Origin: Pseudomonadota bacterium
GTDB taxonomy: Bacteria; Myxococcota; JACRCW01; JAFGSX01
NCBI GenBank assembly: GCA_043821645.1
Contig: JBDRCO010000068.1
Location: 160,001 to 224,000, forward strand
Reading direction: 5' to 3'
Length of the DNA: 64,000 nt
A program made the position numbers and the translations under genes. Below are positions 38,228 through 48,854 of the stretch, piece by piece. A model generated the notes under the pieces. The model made no database searches. It saw nothing but the letters and a program-made list of their open reading frames with translations, and had not been told where the DNA came from. How positions within the stretch are numbered: the first letter of the stretch is position 1; each line of letters opens with the position of its first letter.

Positions 38228-38719
38228 TCACTTGTACTCGACGGTCTGGATCTCCATCATCCGCACCCCCTTGGGGGTCTGCACCTTGACCTCGTCGCCC
38301 TCCTCCTTGCCGATGAGGGCTCGCGCGATGGGTGACTTGATGGAGATGCTGCCGCGCTCGGCGTTGGCCTCGTCCTCGCCCACGATCTGGTAGGTGACCT
38401 CCTCGTCCGTGTCCAGATCGAGCACGCTGACCGTGGCTCCGAACTTGACCCTGTCGCCGGACAGGGTGGTCGGGTCGATGACCTGGGCCGCCGAGATCTT
38501 GGTCTCGAGTTCGCCGATGCGCGCGGCCAGGAAGCCCTGGCGCTCCTTGGCTGCGTGGTACTCCGCGTTCTCGCTGAGGTCGCCGTGGCTGCGAGCCTCC
38601 TCGATGTCCGCCACGTTGCGAGGTCGCTCCACGCTCTTGAGTTGAAGCAGCTCCTGCTTGAGCGCCTCGTAGCCGCGAACAGTCATGGGGTAGCGCTCCC
38701 CCTGTGACGACGACACCAT
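38228..38719 (-). CDS. greA: Transcription elongation factor GreA
   Basis: ARSHGDLSENAEYHAAKE, YQIVGEDEA, ISIKSPIARALIGK. Confidence 0.97.
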   Translation of the reverse strand: MVSSSQGERYPMTVRGYEALKQELLQLKSVERPRNVADIEEARSHGDLSENAEYHAAKERQGFLAARIGELETKISAAQVIDPTTLSGDRVKFGATVSVLDLDTDEEVTYQIVGEDEANAERGSISIKSPIARALIGKEEGDEVKVQTPKGVRMMEIQTVEYK

Positions 38720-38852
38720 GGTTTCTCCTCCTGTACGGGCCCTGCGTGCTGTCCCGCGACTCCCGGGACGTTCACAACGCCCCACATCCATCGAGGGCGA
38801 ACCTCGACAAGTCTCTCCTCGGCGGCGTGCCCGGTGGGCCGCGACGCTCGTC

Positions 38853-39599
38853 CTAGCGCGGAGCCTGCGTGGGCAGGCGCGCCTGGCGCATCGCGTCGAG
38901 CATGTCGCGCACGGCCCGGTCCAGCCCGTCGAGCACGGCCCGGGCGATGATGGCGTGGCCGATGTTGAGTTCCTCGATCTCGTCGATGGCTGCCACCGGC
39001 CGCACGTTGTCGTAGGTCAGCCCGTGGCCGGCGTACACGGCAAGCCCCAGCCGCTTGGCAGCCTTGGCCACGTCGAGCAGACGGTTGAGCTCTTCTCGAC
39101 GCTCGTCGTGACCGCGCAGGTTGGCGTACTTCCCGGTGTGGAACTCCACGGCCTGGGCGTCGACCTTGTGCGCCGCGCGCAATTGATCGAGGTCGGGCTC
39201 GATGAACAGGCTGACCTTGACATCCGCCTCGCGCAGCGAGCGCACGAAGCGCTTGAGCGAGTCGCGGTGCAGGGCCACGTCGAGGCCGCCCTCGGTGGTC
39301 ACCTCCTCGCGACGCTCGGGCACCAGGGTCACGCTGTCGGGCTTGTGCTCGAAGGCGATCTTGAGCATCTCCTGGGTCGCCGCCATCTCCAGGTTGAGGC
39401 GCGTGGTCACGGTCTGTCGCAGCAGCGCCAGGTCGCGATCCACGATGTGGCGACGATCCTCGCGCAGGTGGATGGTGATCTGCGATGCACCGGCGCGCTC
39501 GGCCGCGAAGGCCGCGTCCACGGGGTCGGGGTAGCGCACGCCCCGGGCATTGCGAAGAGATGCGACGTGGTCGACGTTGACGCCGAGACGGATCGTCAT
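38853..39599 (-). CDS. pdxJ: Pyridoxine 5'-phosphate synthase
   Basis: [58 protein letters not shown]. Confidence 0.97.
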   Translation of the reverse strand: MTIRLGVNVDHVASLRNARGVRYPDPVDAAFAAERAGASQITIHLREDRRHIVDRDLALLRQTVTTRLNLEMAATQEMLKIAFEHKPDSVTLVPERREEVTTEGGLDVALHRDSLKRFVRSLREADVKVSLFIEPDLDQLRAAHKVDAQAVEFHTGKYANLRGHDERREELNRLLDVAKAAKRLGLAVYAGHGLTYDNVRPVAAIDEIEELNIGHAIIARAVLDGLDRAVRDMLDAMRQARLPTQAPR

Positions 39600-39638
39600 G
39601 CGAGCTCCGGTGAGGACGGGAAGGAACCGGCGATTCGG

Positions 39639-40448
39639 CTAGAAGAGCTGGTCCACGTTGGTCTCGATGGTGAAGGTCGCCTTGATCGTGGCCGACATCG
39701 TGCCCTTGCCGTCCGGCTTGGTGATGGGGCCCGTGCCCGGAGGCGGGAAATCCACCACGCTCTGCACGGCGAGGGCCACGTCCAGTTTCTTCAGGGCCTC
39801 GGAGAAGGAGGACTTCCCCGCGTCATCCAGGGCCATGGGGTGCGGCTGCACGTCCGCCGCCGGGATCTCGTCGAGGGTCCCGAACAGGGTGACCCGGCTC
39901 TGCTCGATGAGCTGCTGCGCATCCTCGAGCGCGGCATTCTCGATCCCGGTGCCCACGTAGGTCTTCATCGGCGGCATGGGGTAGGTCAGGGTGTTGTCCT
40001 TGAACTTGACCACCAGGCCCGTGATGGTGACCTTCTTGACCTGCTCGGGGGTGCTGACGCCGACCTCCTGCCCGGGGTTGAAAGAGATGGCCTGCGAGAT
40101 GTCCTTGAGGTCGTCCAGGGCGGGCAGGCTGCCCATCCAGTCCGTCACGTTGAGGGTCTGGCCCTGGTTGCCTGGCCGCGGATCCGGGAGCTGGCGTGGG
40201 ATCGAGGCCGGCAGCGACGGAGGACTGCAGTTCCGGCCGGACTCGGTGGCACACAGTGCGGCCAGCACCAGCTTGTTGTTGTCGTCACTGCCGTCGTTGA
40301 TGCTGGCCTCGAACTTCTGCACCTGGGCTTCCAGATCGATGGTGATCTCTGGAGTCTCGGCCTCATAGGGCACGTCGATCTCGCCGGGGATGCACTCCGC
40401 CCCCATGAACAGAAGTGCGAGAAGCGGGATCCACAGTGTCCTTTTCAT
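39639..40448 (-). CDS. Hypothetical lipoprotein
   Basis: MKRTLWIPLLALLFMGAEC signal; AAGGAG RBS. Confidence 0.72.
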   Translation of the reverse strand: MKRTLWIPLLALLFMGAECIPGEIDVPYEAETPEITIDLEAQVQKFEASINDGSDDNNKLVLAALCATESGRNCSPPSLPASIPRQLPDPRPGNQGQTLNVTDWMGSLPALDDLKDISQAISFNPGQEVGVSTPEQVKKVTITGLVVKFKDNTLTYPMPPMKTYVGTGIENAALEDAQQLIEQSRVTLFGTLDEIPAADVQPHPMALDDAGKSSFSEALKKLDVALAVQSVVDFPPPGTGPITKPDGKGTMSATIKATFTIETNVDQLF

Positions 40449-40629
40449 GACGATCTCCTTTTCTGCAGGGGGCAGGCCGCCCTGCGCCGCCGGGTCCGCT
40501 TCGTGTGGAGCGGTTGGTCGGCAATCACTGGTACTGGACCTCATGCGTGCAGCCTCAACAAGGCCGCACGATGTACAACATAGCCCACCTGGGTTCCGCG
40601 CACCACCGCCCGGAGCGTGCTGGAGGGCG

Positions 40630-41679
40630 CTAACGGCCCGGGGCCAGGATCTGCTTCCGAAGACGCTCGGACGCCGTGTAGGGATCTGTGCGCTGTTGCA
40701 GCACCTCCTCGACCACCACGTCGAGGGCTTGTTCTCCACCCAAGCGCCGCAAGGCCTCGGCCCAGATCGCGTCTCGCGTGAGCCGATGCAGCCGTTCCCG
40801 CTCTCGCTGCCGTCGTCGCTGCAACAGGGTTCCCGACTGCTCGAGCCACTCCCAGTGCCCCAGGATCTCCTGTTGCAGCTCGTACAGGCCCTGGCCCTTG
40901 GTCGCCACGGCCTTGAGAACGGGGACCGCCCAGCCGGTGCGTCCGTCGGCGTTATCGGCCGCGACCGCGACAGGTGCGTCGTGGTGCACGGCGGCGTCGA
41001 GCGCTGCGCCACGGCTGGTCAGGTGCACGTCGCCCAGGGCGAGCATCATGCGGATCTCCTGCGACGTGCGATCCGCGCCCTCGCGATCTGCCTTGTTGAT
41101 CACGAACAGGTCCGCGATCTCGAGGATGCCCGCCTTGAGCGCTTGCACCTCGTCACCAAGCCCCGGCACCAGCACCACCAGCGAGGTGTGGGCCGTCCGC
41201 ACCACGTCGATCTCATCCTGCCCCACCCCGACGGTCTCGATGATGACCAGGTCGTGGCCCATGGCGTCGAGGATGGTCACGATGTCGTCGGTGGAGCGGG
41301 ACAACCCCCCCAGGTGACCGCGGGTCGCCACCGAGCGGATGAACACCCCCGGATCCGTGGCGTGGTCCTGCATGCGGATGCGGTCGCCAAGGATCGCGCC
41401 CCCGGTGAACGGGCTGGTGGGGTCTATGGCGACGACGCCGACCCGGTAGCCCTGCTCGCGGTAGATGCGGATCAGGCGGTTGACCAGGGTCGACTTGCCG
41501 GCGCCAGGGTTCCCCGTCACGCCGAGGATGTGGGCACGCCCCGTGCGCGGGTACAGCGCAGCCAGGACCTCGCGGCTGGACGGAATGCCATCGTCGACGT
41601 CGCGCATCAGGCGTGCGGCCAGGCGACGGTCGCCACCACAGATGCGCTGCACAATGCTGTCGAGTTCCTGGTCTGCCAT
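40630..41679 (-). CDS. meaB: Methylmalonyl-CoA mutase-associated GTPase MeaB/ArgK
   Basis: GVTGNPGAGKSTL, DPTSPFTGGAILGDRIRM, IETVGVGQDE, NKAD. Confidence 0.95.
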   Translation of the reverse strand: MADQELDSIVQRICGGDRRLAARLMRDVDDGIPSSREVLAALYPRTGRAHILGVTGNPGAGKSTLVNRLIRIYREQGYRVGVVAIDPTSPFTGGAILGDRIRMQDHATDPGVFIRSVATRGHLGGLSRSTDDIVTILDAMGHDLVIIETVGVGQDEIDVVRTAHTSLVVLVPGLGDEVQALKAGILEIADLFVINKADREGADRTSQEIRMMLALGDVHLTSRGAALDAAVHHDAPVAVAADNADGRTGWAVPVLKAVATKGQGLYELQQEILGHWEWLEQSGTLLQRRRQRERERLHRLTRDAIWAEALRRLGGEQALDVVVEEVLQQRTDPYTASERLRKQILAPGR

Positions 41680-41741
41680 CGATGCTCTCTCGCTCGGACT
41701 CGAGCGCAGGGGATCGTTTTACGGCCTGTGCCGCTGCCGGT

Positions 41742-43796
41742 CTACTCGATCGTGCAATCGCCCTGGCAGGTATCCTCGACGATGCCCGTCTCGAAGAAGG
41801 CGCGCATCTGCGAGGTCACGGCGGACTGCTCGCGCAGGGTGTTGTGCACGGGATTCTCGCCGTCCCAGGGGCTGGCGATGGCCGCCCAACTGTCGTCGTA
41901 ACCCATGTCGAACACGGTGATGGCCGAGCCCTGGTGCGGGGCGCTGGCCACGGGCAGGCCCCAGGGGTGCCGCGCCGAGGGCTCGAGCACGGGGATTCCG
42001 AGCAGGCGCGCGTGCAAGAATGCCGAGAAGGGGGGAACGCTGGCGTCGCCGACGCCGTTTTGTAAAAGCACCTGGCGCTGCCTGGCCCCGCCGTCACTGC
42101 CATCGGGGAGCGTGTCGCGCAGCACGTAGGGCGCCCAGAGGGCGGGGTCGATGCGGTCAAAGTGCATCTGCAGGCTGGCCGTGTACTTCTGCTGCTCCAG
42201 AGGATCCGGCATGGCGATGTCCATCACCCACAGGAAGCCCTCGAAGGGCTGGGCCCGGAACATCATGTGCGTGAAGGCGCAGCCGCCCACGTTGAGCACA
42301 CCGCGATGCTGGCGCGGGTTGAGCGCCAGGTACATGCCGCCCAAGATGTGGCCCTGGCTGATGCCCAGGAAATTGAGGTTGCGGGGCTCGTAGACCAGCG
42401 CACCGGCGTTGCTGGACCGGGGCTGCCGCGGATCCGCGTGCACGCCCGGCTGGCCTGCATCGAGGGGGCGGTGCAGCTCAGGGAGGTCCTGCAGCACGCC
42501 TCGCATGGCCGCGCTCAGGGTCAGGTGGTTGACCATGCCCTGCACCACACGCTCGCTGAATTGCATGGTGCGCCACATCTCCTCGCCCATGGCCGCCACC
42601 ACCACGCCCACGTCGACGCTGGACATGCCCCACCAGTTGACGCCGAAGGTCACCGCGCCCACGGCCTGCATCACGGTCTGGGTGTTGCCGTTTTCGAGCT
42701 CGTCCTGGGAGCCGAAGAAGCCATGGCCAAACTCCAGCGTGACGCCCGGCTCGAAGCGGTCGCGCACACTGGCCGGAACGATGATGGTGAAGGGAATGCT
42801 GACAGTACCATTGAGTTGCACCTGCCCCGCCGCGTCGCGTGCCAGGTCCTTTCCAGGGCCGTCGATGACCATGAACATCGGGCCGTCGAGCTTGCCGATG
42901 ATGCGCCGCCACACCTGGGGGTTCTCGTTCTCGATCACCGCCACGTCGCTCACCGTGGGCGGGTGCTGGTCCAGGTAGGCCAGGGCCAGCTGGCGGGCGC
43001 GCAGCATGTCCGCGGTGCGGTCCTCGACGCTGCCCGTGGTGAAGTCCCAGGCCAGCTGCAGCGAGGTCTGGTCCACCCCCGCCTGCTTGAGCACGGGGAA
43101 CACGTCGCGACCGAAGCGGCTGCGCTCGCTGTTCAGAAGGCTGTCCTCACCCACCTGGCCGTCGCGAATGCGCCGGAAACCCTCGGGCGCAGGTGCCTCG
43201 CTGCCATCAGGCCGCTGCAGGTGGCGCAGGGCCACCACGTAGCGGGTGCGCCAGTCGAGGGCGATCATGGGGCGCAGGATCAGGGCCTGGCGCAGCGGGT
43301 CGGTGGCGCGCGGATCCAGGTCCACGAAGTGCGGGATGCGGCGCCCCGTGTGCGCCTCGATGATGAGCGTGGGGCTGTCATCGGCGACGGACCGATCATA
43401 GTCGTCCAAGAAGCCCACCAGACCCTGCTCGGACAGCGCCGAGCCGAGGATGGCGACGATGGGAGGGACGCTCGAATACCCGTCGGCGGCACGCCAGTCG
43501 GTGACATCGGCGGAGTAACCGTCCTTGGTGAGCAGGGCGGCGGCGCGACCCATTTGAACACGGTGGCCGCTGGGCCGGGTGCCGTCCTCCACGAGGAAGA
43601 AGTCCGAGGGATAGGGCAACATGCAGTCGGCCCCGGCGAGCAGGGGCTGGCAGCCTTCGGGGAGATCCAGGGGCGGCGGTCCCGGATCCGGGCAGGCAGT
43701 GAGCACGACCCCCGCGATGCTGGCTGCTAGAAGAAGGATATTTCTCGAGCTACTCTCGAGCGGTCGGACCAGTGACAGGTTCATGTGCGACGTCAT
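41742..43796 (-). CDS. Large lipoprotein with alpha/beta-hydrolase (lipase-like) domain
   Basis: LTAC lipobox, FGHGFFGS oxyanion region, GISQG nucleophile elbow, GDASVP, C-terminal His. Confidence 0.72.
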   Translation of the reverse strand: MTSHMNLSLVRPLESSSRNILLLAASIAGVVLTACPDPGPPPLDLPEGCQPLLAGADCMLPYPSDFFLVEDGTRPSGHRVQMGRAAALLTKDGYSADVTDWRAADGYSSVPPIVAILGSALSEQGLVGFLDDYDRSVADDSPTLIIEAHTGRRIPHFVDLDPRATDPLRQALILRPMIALDWRTRYVVALRHLQRPDGSEAPAPEGFRRIRDGQVGEDSLLNSERSRFGRDVFPVLKQAGVDQTSLQLAWDFTTGSVEDRTADMLRARQLALAYLDQHPPTVSDVAVIENENPQVWRRIIGKLDGPMFMVIDGPGKDLARDAAGQVQLNGTVSIPFTIIVPASVRDRFEPGVTLEFGHGFFGSQDELENGNTQTVMQAVGAVTFGVNWWGMSSVDVGVVVAAMGEEMWRTMQFSERVVQGMVNHLTLSAAMRGVLQDLPELHRPLDAGQPGVHADPRQPRSSNAGALVYEPRNLNFLGISQGHILGGMYLALNPRQHRGVLNVGGCAFTHMMFRAQPFEGFLWVMDIAMPDPLEQQKYTASLQMHFDRIDPALWAPYVLRDTLPDGSDGGARQRQVLLQNGVGDASVPPFSAFLHARLLGIPVLEPSARHPWGLPVASAPHQGSAITVFDMGYDDSWAAIASPWDGENPVHNTLREQSAVTSQMRAFFETGIVEDTCQGDCTIE

Positions 43797-43847
43797 GGCT
43801 CAAGTGTAGGATCCGCCGCCTCTTGCCACAACGGAGCGTTGACCGAT

Positions 43848-44843
43848 ATGCCCGCCCCTACCCTCCAGGACGTGCGCGACGCAGCGCGGCAAATCGCCGG
43901 GCTGGCGCATCGCACGCCGGTGATGACCTGCCAGGCGCTCGACGACCGCTGCGGTGCTCAGCTCTTCTTCAAGTGCGAGAACATGCAAAAGGTCGGCGCC
44001 TTCAAGATCCGCGGCGCTCTCAACGCCGTGCTCTCGCTGTCTCCCGGCGAGGCCTCCCGGGGCGTGGTGACACACTCCTCGGGCAATCATGCCGCGGCCA
44101 TCGCGCTGGCTGCGCGGATGCGAGGAATTCCGGCACACATCGTCATGCCGCGCACGGCACCCGCCATCAAGAAGGCCGCCGTGGCGGGCTACGGGGGCCG
44201 CATCGTCGAGTGCGAGCCCACCCTGGAGGCGCGAGACGAGCAGGCACAACGCGTCCAGCGCGATACCGGAGCCGCCTTCATCCATCCCTACGACGACGAC
44301 CGCGTGATCGCGGGTCAGGGCACCGCGGCGCTCGAGTTGCTCGAGCAGGTCCCCGACCTCGAGCTGGTGGTGGTCCCGGTCAGCGGGGGCGGTTTGATGA
44401 GCGGTACCTGCATTGCCTGCCATGGCCTGGACCCTGCGATGCGGCTAGTCGGGGTGGAACCGGCCCAGGCCGACGACGCGCGGCGCTCCTTGCTCGCGGG
44501 CACCATCGTGCGCGATGGCATCGCGGATAGCCTGTGCGATGGGCTGCTGGCGTCGCTGAGCGAACGCACCTTCGACATTTTGCGGGCACACGTCCACACC
44601 ATGGTCACCGTGACAGAGCAGCAGGCCGTGGCGGCCATGTTCCTGCACATGGAGCGCATGAAGCTGGTGGTGGAGCCGTCGGGCGCGGTGGGACTGGCGG
44701 CGGCCCTGGCCGGGGTCATCCCAGACCTGGCCGGGCGTCGCGTGGGCATCCTGGTGTCTGGTGGAAACGTGGATCTGGCGCGTCTGTCATCCCTGGCGTC
44801 GGGTCTGCCCGCGGCCGGTCCGACAAGCATGCCTGGCGCGTGA
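43848..44843 (+). CDS. PLP-dependent threonine/serine dehydratase or serine racemase family
   Basis: KCENMQKVGAFKIRGA, SSGNHA, GQGT, PVSGGGL, VVEPSGA, SGGNVD. Confidence 0.92.
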   Translation: MPAPTLQDVRDAARQIAGLAHRTPVMTCQALDDRCGAQLFFKCENMQKVGAFKIRGALNAVLSLSPGEASRGVVTHSSGNHAAAIALAARMRGIPAHIVMPRTAPAIKKAAVAGYGGRIVECEPTLEARDEQAQRVQRDTGAAFIHPYDDDRVIAGQGTAALELLEQVPDLELVVVPVSGGGLMSGTCIACHGLDPAMRLVGVEPAQADDARRSLLAGTIVRDGIADSLCDGLLASLSERTFDILRAHVHTMVTVTEQQAVAAMFLHMERMKLVVEPSGAVGLAAALAGVIPDLAGRRVGILVSGGNVDLARLSSLASGLPAAGPTSMPGA

Positions 44844-46121
44844 CCAGGCCAGCGCCGCGAGGACTGTGAAGCACAGCATGAGCAGCGAGCCCGGGGCGAA
44901 ACCGCGCTGCGCGGTGCACGCGCAGCCGGGAGCCGCTTTCCCGGCGCCTCCGTCGGCCACACCCGCGTCGGCAGCGACCCAGCCAGCATCTGCGTGGCCG
45001 AGGTCAGGGAGGTCCTGTGCATCGGCGCTGTGGTCCCGTGCTGCCCCATCGGCGGTTCCGCGAGCATCCGCCGCCCGGGCATCCAGCGTGCTGCTTCGCT
45101 CACCGGAGTTTCCGTCGAGGGCACTGCCGCTGTCCGTCGCGGTCCCACCGTCCCCGGCGGCGCCACCGACGATTCCAAAGAACTCTGCCATGCGCAGCGA
45201 CGAGCACAGCCCGATGTTCAAGAAGTAGGCCCCCGGGCTGCCGCAACCCTGGTCGAGATCGATGGGCGTGCCGTGATCCACGCCTGTCATCCGGTACACC
45301 TCGACCTGGTTGCCACCCTGCGCGTCCCCAAACACCTGATGCTGGGCCCCGGCGACCACTTCATCGACGACGGGTGGGCCGAGCAGTCCGTGCACATCGC
45401 GCCATTGCTCGAGCAACTCACCGAGGTTGGCGATCGCGACCACGCTGTCGGCGGTGCCTTGCCACAGGCTGATGCGTGGCAAGGTCGCCGTGGTCCCTGC
45501 CCTGACGTCGCGCACCCGGTCACCCCAGTCCGTGGCCGTGCGGTCCACCCCCGGCGAGGTACAGCCCGTGGCGGCGCTCAGCGAGGTGGCACATCCATAG
45601 GGAATACCGGCGATCACACCTCCGGCCGCGAACACGTCGGGCCACATGGCCAGCAGGTTGACGGCCACCGCGGCGCCGGCGGAGAGGCCCGTGACGAAGA
45701 CCCGGTCTGGATCGACGCCGTGGGTCGCGATCATGTGCTGGACCATGTTGACGATGGATTGGTTCTCGTCGGCACCTCGCGTGAGTTCGCCGCCCCACCA
45801 GGTCAAGCACATGTAGAAATTGTTCAAGGCGCTCTGCTGCGGGTACAGCATGTGAAAGCCGTGGGCATCTGCCAGGGCGTTCCAGCCTGCATTCTGGTAC
45901 TCGGCCGCATCCTGGTTACAGCCATGAAGTGCAACCACGAGCGGAGCGTTCGGGGCGGCCTGGTCCGCGACGTAGGCGAACATGCGCAGCCGGCCCGGAT
46001 TGGCGCCAAAGTCCGCGACCTCGGCCAGGGAGCCGGCGTGGACGCGGCCGGGAACGATGGCCAGCCCGACCAGCGCGAGGGACAGCGCGAGCGTCGGTGC
46101 TCTCAAAAGTCGCGTGATCAT
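44787..46121 (-). CDS. Extracellular PHB depolymerase-family esterase with Asp-rich linker and MYXO-CTERM-like tail
   Basis: FGANPGRL, VVALHGC, TGLSAGA, WQGTADSVV, DHG; C-terminal GCAC..hydrophobic..RAR. Confidence 0.88.
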   Translation of the reverse strand: MITRLLRAPTLALSLALVGLAIVPGRVHAGSLAEVADFGANPGRLRMFAYVADQAAPNAPLVVALHGCNQDAAEYQNAGWNALADAHGFHMLYPQQSALNNFYMCLTWWGGELTRGADENQSIVNMVQHMIATHGVDPDRVFVTGLSAGAAVAVNLLAMWPDVFAAGGVIAGIPYGCATSLSAATGCTSPGVDRTATDWGDRVRDVRAGTTATLPRISLWQGTADSVVAIANLGELLEQWRDVHGLLGPPVVDEVVAGAQHQVFGDAQGGNQVEVYRMTGVDHGTPIDLDQGCGSPGAYFLNIGLCSSLRMAEFFGIVGGAAGDGGTATDSGSALDGNSGERSSTLDARAADARGTADGAARDHSADAQDLPDLGHADAGWVAADAGVADGGAGKAAPGCACTAQRGFAPGSLLMLCFTVLAALAWSRARHACRTGRGQTRRQG

Positions 46122-46305
46122 CGTGCTCCCGAAGACAGCACAGCGCGGTCCACTTCAGACACTGCCGCGCCATGCTAGGGAGGCCGATCGCGCAATGTCA
46201 ACGTGGCCTGCGCCGCGGGCTGCCCGCTGCGTCCGGCTCGAGAGTGCCGGGTGCTGGTGTTCCGGATCCCGATGCGCTACATCCTGCTCTTCACGAGAGG
46301 TGGCC

Positions 46306-46554
46306 ATGGAGACCGTGGTGTTTGGAAACGTGACCGTGATGCGACTGGTGCTGTGGGCCGGCGGCGCTGTCGTCTTGCTGGTGGCCTTCACGATCCTGCG
46401 CAGGCTGCTCTCTGCTCCGCGCACGAGTCAGCACCAGCAGACCACGACCTGCCCCGCCTGCGGCTGGAAGGGCGTCGTGAGCCGCTATGCCGGGCGCTGC
46501 CCCAAGTGCAACGGCGCGCTGGGAGACAAGCTGGCGCGGGGCAAGCAGACCTGA
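46306..46554 (+). CDS. Small membrane-anchored zinc-ribbon protein
   Basis: TM helix, CPACGW..CPKC; GAGGT RBS. Confidence 0.7.
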   Translation: METVVFGNVTVMRLVLWAGGAVVLLVAFTILRRLLSAPRTSQHQQTTTCPACGWKGVVSRYAGRCPKCNGALGDKLARGKQT

Positions 46555-46563
46555 GGAGGCAGC

Positions 46564-46890
46564 ATGGCCTACGACGAGGGGCTGGCGGAACGGATCCGCG
46601 AGCACGTCGACGGATTCGAGCCGGCCGAGAGGAAGATGTTCGGAGGCCTGTCTTTCTTGGTGGCCGGCAACCTGGCCTGCGGCGTCATCAAGGATGAGCT
46701 CATCGTCCGCGTCGGTCCCGAGCATTTCGGGTCCGCACTCAAGAAGAAACACGCGCGCGCTTTTGACTTCACCGGCCGCCCCATGAAGGGCTGGGTCACC
46801 GTCGCGCCAGCCGGCTTCGAGGACGACAGCGACCTCGCATCCTGGGTGCGCATGGGTCTGGACTTCGCGGCCACCCTCCCACCCAAGTGA
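46564..46890 (+). CDS. TfoX N-terminal domain protein
   Basis: MAYDEGLAERIR, KMFGGLSFLVAGN, FTGRPMKGWV, LPPK. Confidence 0.9.
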   Translation: MAYDEGLAERIREHVDGFEPAERKMFGGLSFLVAGNLACGVIKDELIVRVGPEHFGSALKKKHARAFDFTGRPMKGWVTVAPAGFEDDSDLASWVRMGLDFAATLPPK

Positions 46891-47549
46891 AACGTCCGGC
46901 GCCCCACCCCGCCCCGCTCCCTTCTGACGACGACCCTGGGGCCATGCCTGCCCTGCGCCCGGTGCGCCTGCGCCCCCTGAGAGATCGCGAGCACTACACA
47001 GCGCTGATCGCCGAGGCCATCCCACGAGCCCAGGTCTCGCTGTGGATCGCCAGTGCCACGGTCAAGGACTTGCAGGTCGAGGCTCCTCGCGGCAGCCGCG
47101 CCCGCGCCAGCGCCCGTTACGTGTCTTTTCTCGACGTGCTCGAGGGTCTGCACGCCCGCAAGGTCGAGCTGCGTCTGCTCTACGGTGGATTCCTGTCGAG
47201 ACCCTTCGTGGAGGACCTGCGCCGACACCGCGCGCTTCACCGCGGCGGGCTGCAGATCCGCCATTGCCCGCGGGTGCACCTGAAGCTCGTCGTCATCGAC
47301 GGTGCCCTTCTTTATCTCGGATCCGCCAACCTGACCGGTGCAGGGCTCGGCGCCAAGGGCGAGGGCCGACGCAACTTCGAACTCGGCATGCTCAGCGACG
47401 ACGACGCCCTGCTCGACGAGATGCAGGGCGTGTACGAGACGATCTGGTCCGGGAGTGCGTGCGGGGGCTGCCGGCGCCGCGACAGTTGCCCGGCGCCACT
47501 CGACGCAAAGACCGGCACCTCGCGGGGCTTTTCCCGACGACGGGTGTGA
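46887..47549 (+). CDS. Single-HKD phospholipase D/nuclease-like protein
   Basis: HLKLVVID...GSANLT, RNFELG; C-terminal CGGCRRRDSC. Confidence 0.85.
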   Translation: MKRPAPHPAPLPSDDDPGAMPALRPVRLRPLRDREHYTALIAEAIPRAQVSLWIASATVKDLQVEAPRGSRARASARYVSFLDVLEGLHARKVELRLLYGGFLSRPFVEDLRRHRALHRGGLQIRHCPRVHLKLVVIDGALLYLGSANLTGAGLGAKGEGRRNFELGMLSDDDALLDEMQGVYETIWSGSACGGCRRRDSCPAPLDAKTGTSRGFSRRRV

Positions 47550-47556
47550 AGAGGAA

Positions 47557-48723
47557 TCACTGCAGCCCCTGGACCTGCCCCTGGACCTGGGGTGAGGCGC
47601 GCTCGAGCCAGCCCATCACAGTGGGGTGCACGTCCAGCTGGCTGACCGGGCGCGTGAGCGCGCGCAGCGGCGGCGTGTTGCCATAGGTCGCGAGGATGAA
47701 CGGGATGGCATCGTCTTCCCCGATCACGCTGTCATGGTTTCCCCACAGGGCGACGCGATGACCACCGTGGTCCGCGGTGACCACCACCAGCCACCGTTCC
47801 GAGAAGCTGGCCGTGCGCTCCTGAACCAGCTCCAGGAGACTGCCCAGGGACGTGTCGATCTCGGTGATGGCATCGAGGTAGCCCTCGTTACGATCGTAGC
47901 CGCTGGCGTGGCCCTGGGCGTCGATGCCGTCAAAGACCCCCATCACCACGCGCAGCGAGGGATCCGCGACCTGCAGCTGCATCCACTCGAGCAAGCGCCG
48001 ATCGCGATCCGGCGCGTCGCTGACCAGGGCCGCGCGCTGGGCGAGGTTGCAGCTCGACCGTGCGTCGACGGACACCACGGAAAAATCCCCGTCGACACCG
48101 CATTCGTAATCGAGAACGCCGGGCCGTGGCTGGCCGCCCTGCAGTGCGGTCACGAAGGTCGCGACGCCGCCGGCTGCTGTACCCCAGCCCAGGTCATGGG
48201 CGCGCTTGAAGAAGGTAGGAAACCAGCGTGCACGCGAGGCAAAGGGTTTCAAGGCCGCTGGCGGGTTGTCCTTGACGCAGTGGTGCGCGCCATCGACCCC
48301 CGTGAGCACCGACGCCCAGCCGGATGCGGTGACCCAGAGAAAGCTCGTATCTTCGCGGGGCGACCTCTGGGCGCGCGCGCAGTTCTCGTCGTCGGCGCCG
48401 CCGCAGGAGGCGTGCCGACCTCGTGTCATGAGCGCTCGCAGGGTGGGCGCCCGGTCGGTGTCCAGAGCCAGGTATTCCACCGCGGGTCCCGTCGCTCCGT
48501 CGAGACCGAGGATCAAAACGCGGGCCAGACCATCGTCGTCGAGGCGCGTCCCGGCCAGGCTCTCGGTGTCGGCCGTCCAGGGATCGCGCCGCGACAGGTC
48601 GGTGCAGCCATCCTCGGCGTCCACCCCCGCGCAGCCCGACGCAGCCAGGGGTAATAGCGTGAATAGCAGCAGCGACACCGCGGTAGCACGGGCAGCCAGA
48701 ACCCAGCTGGATGGACGCTGCAA
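47557..48723 (-). CDS. Alkaline phosphatase superfamily (nucleotide pyrophosphatase-like) lipoprotein
   Basis: ILGLDG, VTASGWASVLTG, DAQGH, VTADHGG, DVHPT. Confidence 0.85.
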   Translation of the reverse strand: MQRPSSWVLAARATAVSLLLFTLLPLAASGCAGVDAEDGCTDLSRRDPWTADTESLAGTRLDDDGLARVLILGLDGATGPAVEYLALDTDRAPTLRALMTRGRHASCGGADDENCARAQRSPREDTSFLWVTASGWASVLTGVDGAHHCVKDNPPAALKPFASRARWFPTFFKRAHDLGWGTAAGGVATFVTALQGGQPRPGVLDYECGVDGDFSVVSVDARSSCNLAQRAALVSDAPDRDRRLLEWMQLQVADPSLRVVMGVFDGIDAQGHASGYDRNEGYLDAITEIDTSLGSLLELVQERTASFSERWLVVVTADHGGHRVALWGNHDSVIGEDDAIPFILATYGNTPPLRALTRPVSQLDVHPTVMGWLERASPQVQGQVQGLQ

Positions 48724-48854
48724 CGCCGCTCCTGTGATCCGCTTCCCCTGTGTACCGCTCGCACAAGATAGCAGCTCCCTGCGACCGGGCTGCAGATCCC
48801 TTGACTCCCCCGCCTGTATCTCGACTATTTAGGGATCCAACGAGAGAGAGTCCC

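Noticed and set aside
40630-41679. meaB without an adjacent mutase as an anomaly
   Set aside because: Unlinked meaB is common; the mutase may lie elsewhere.
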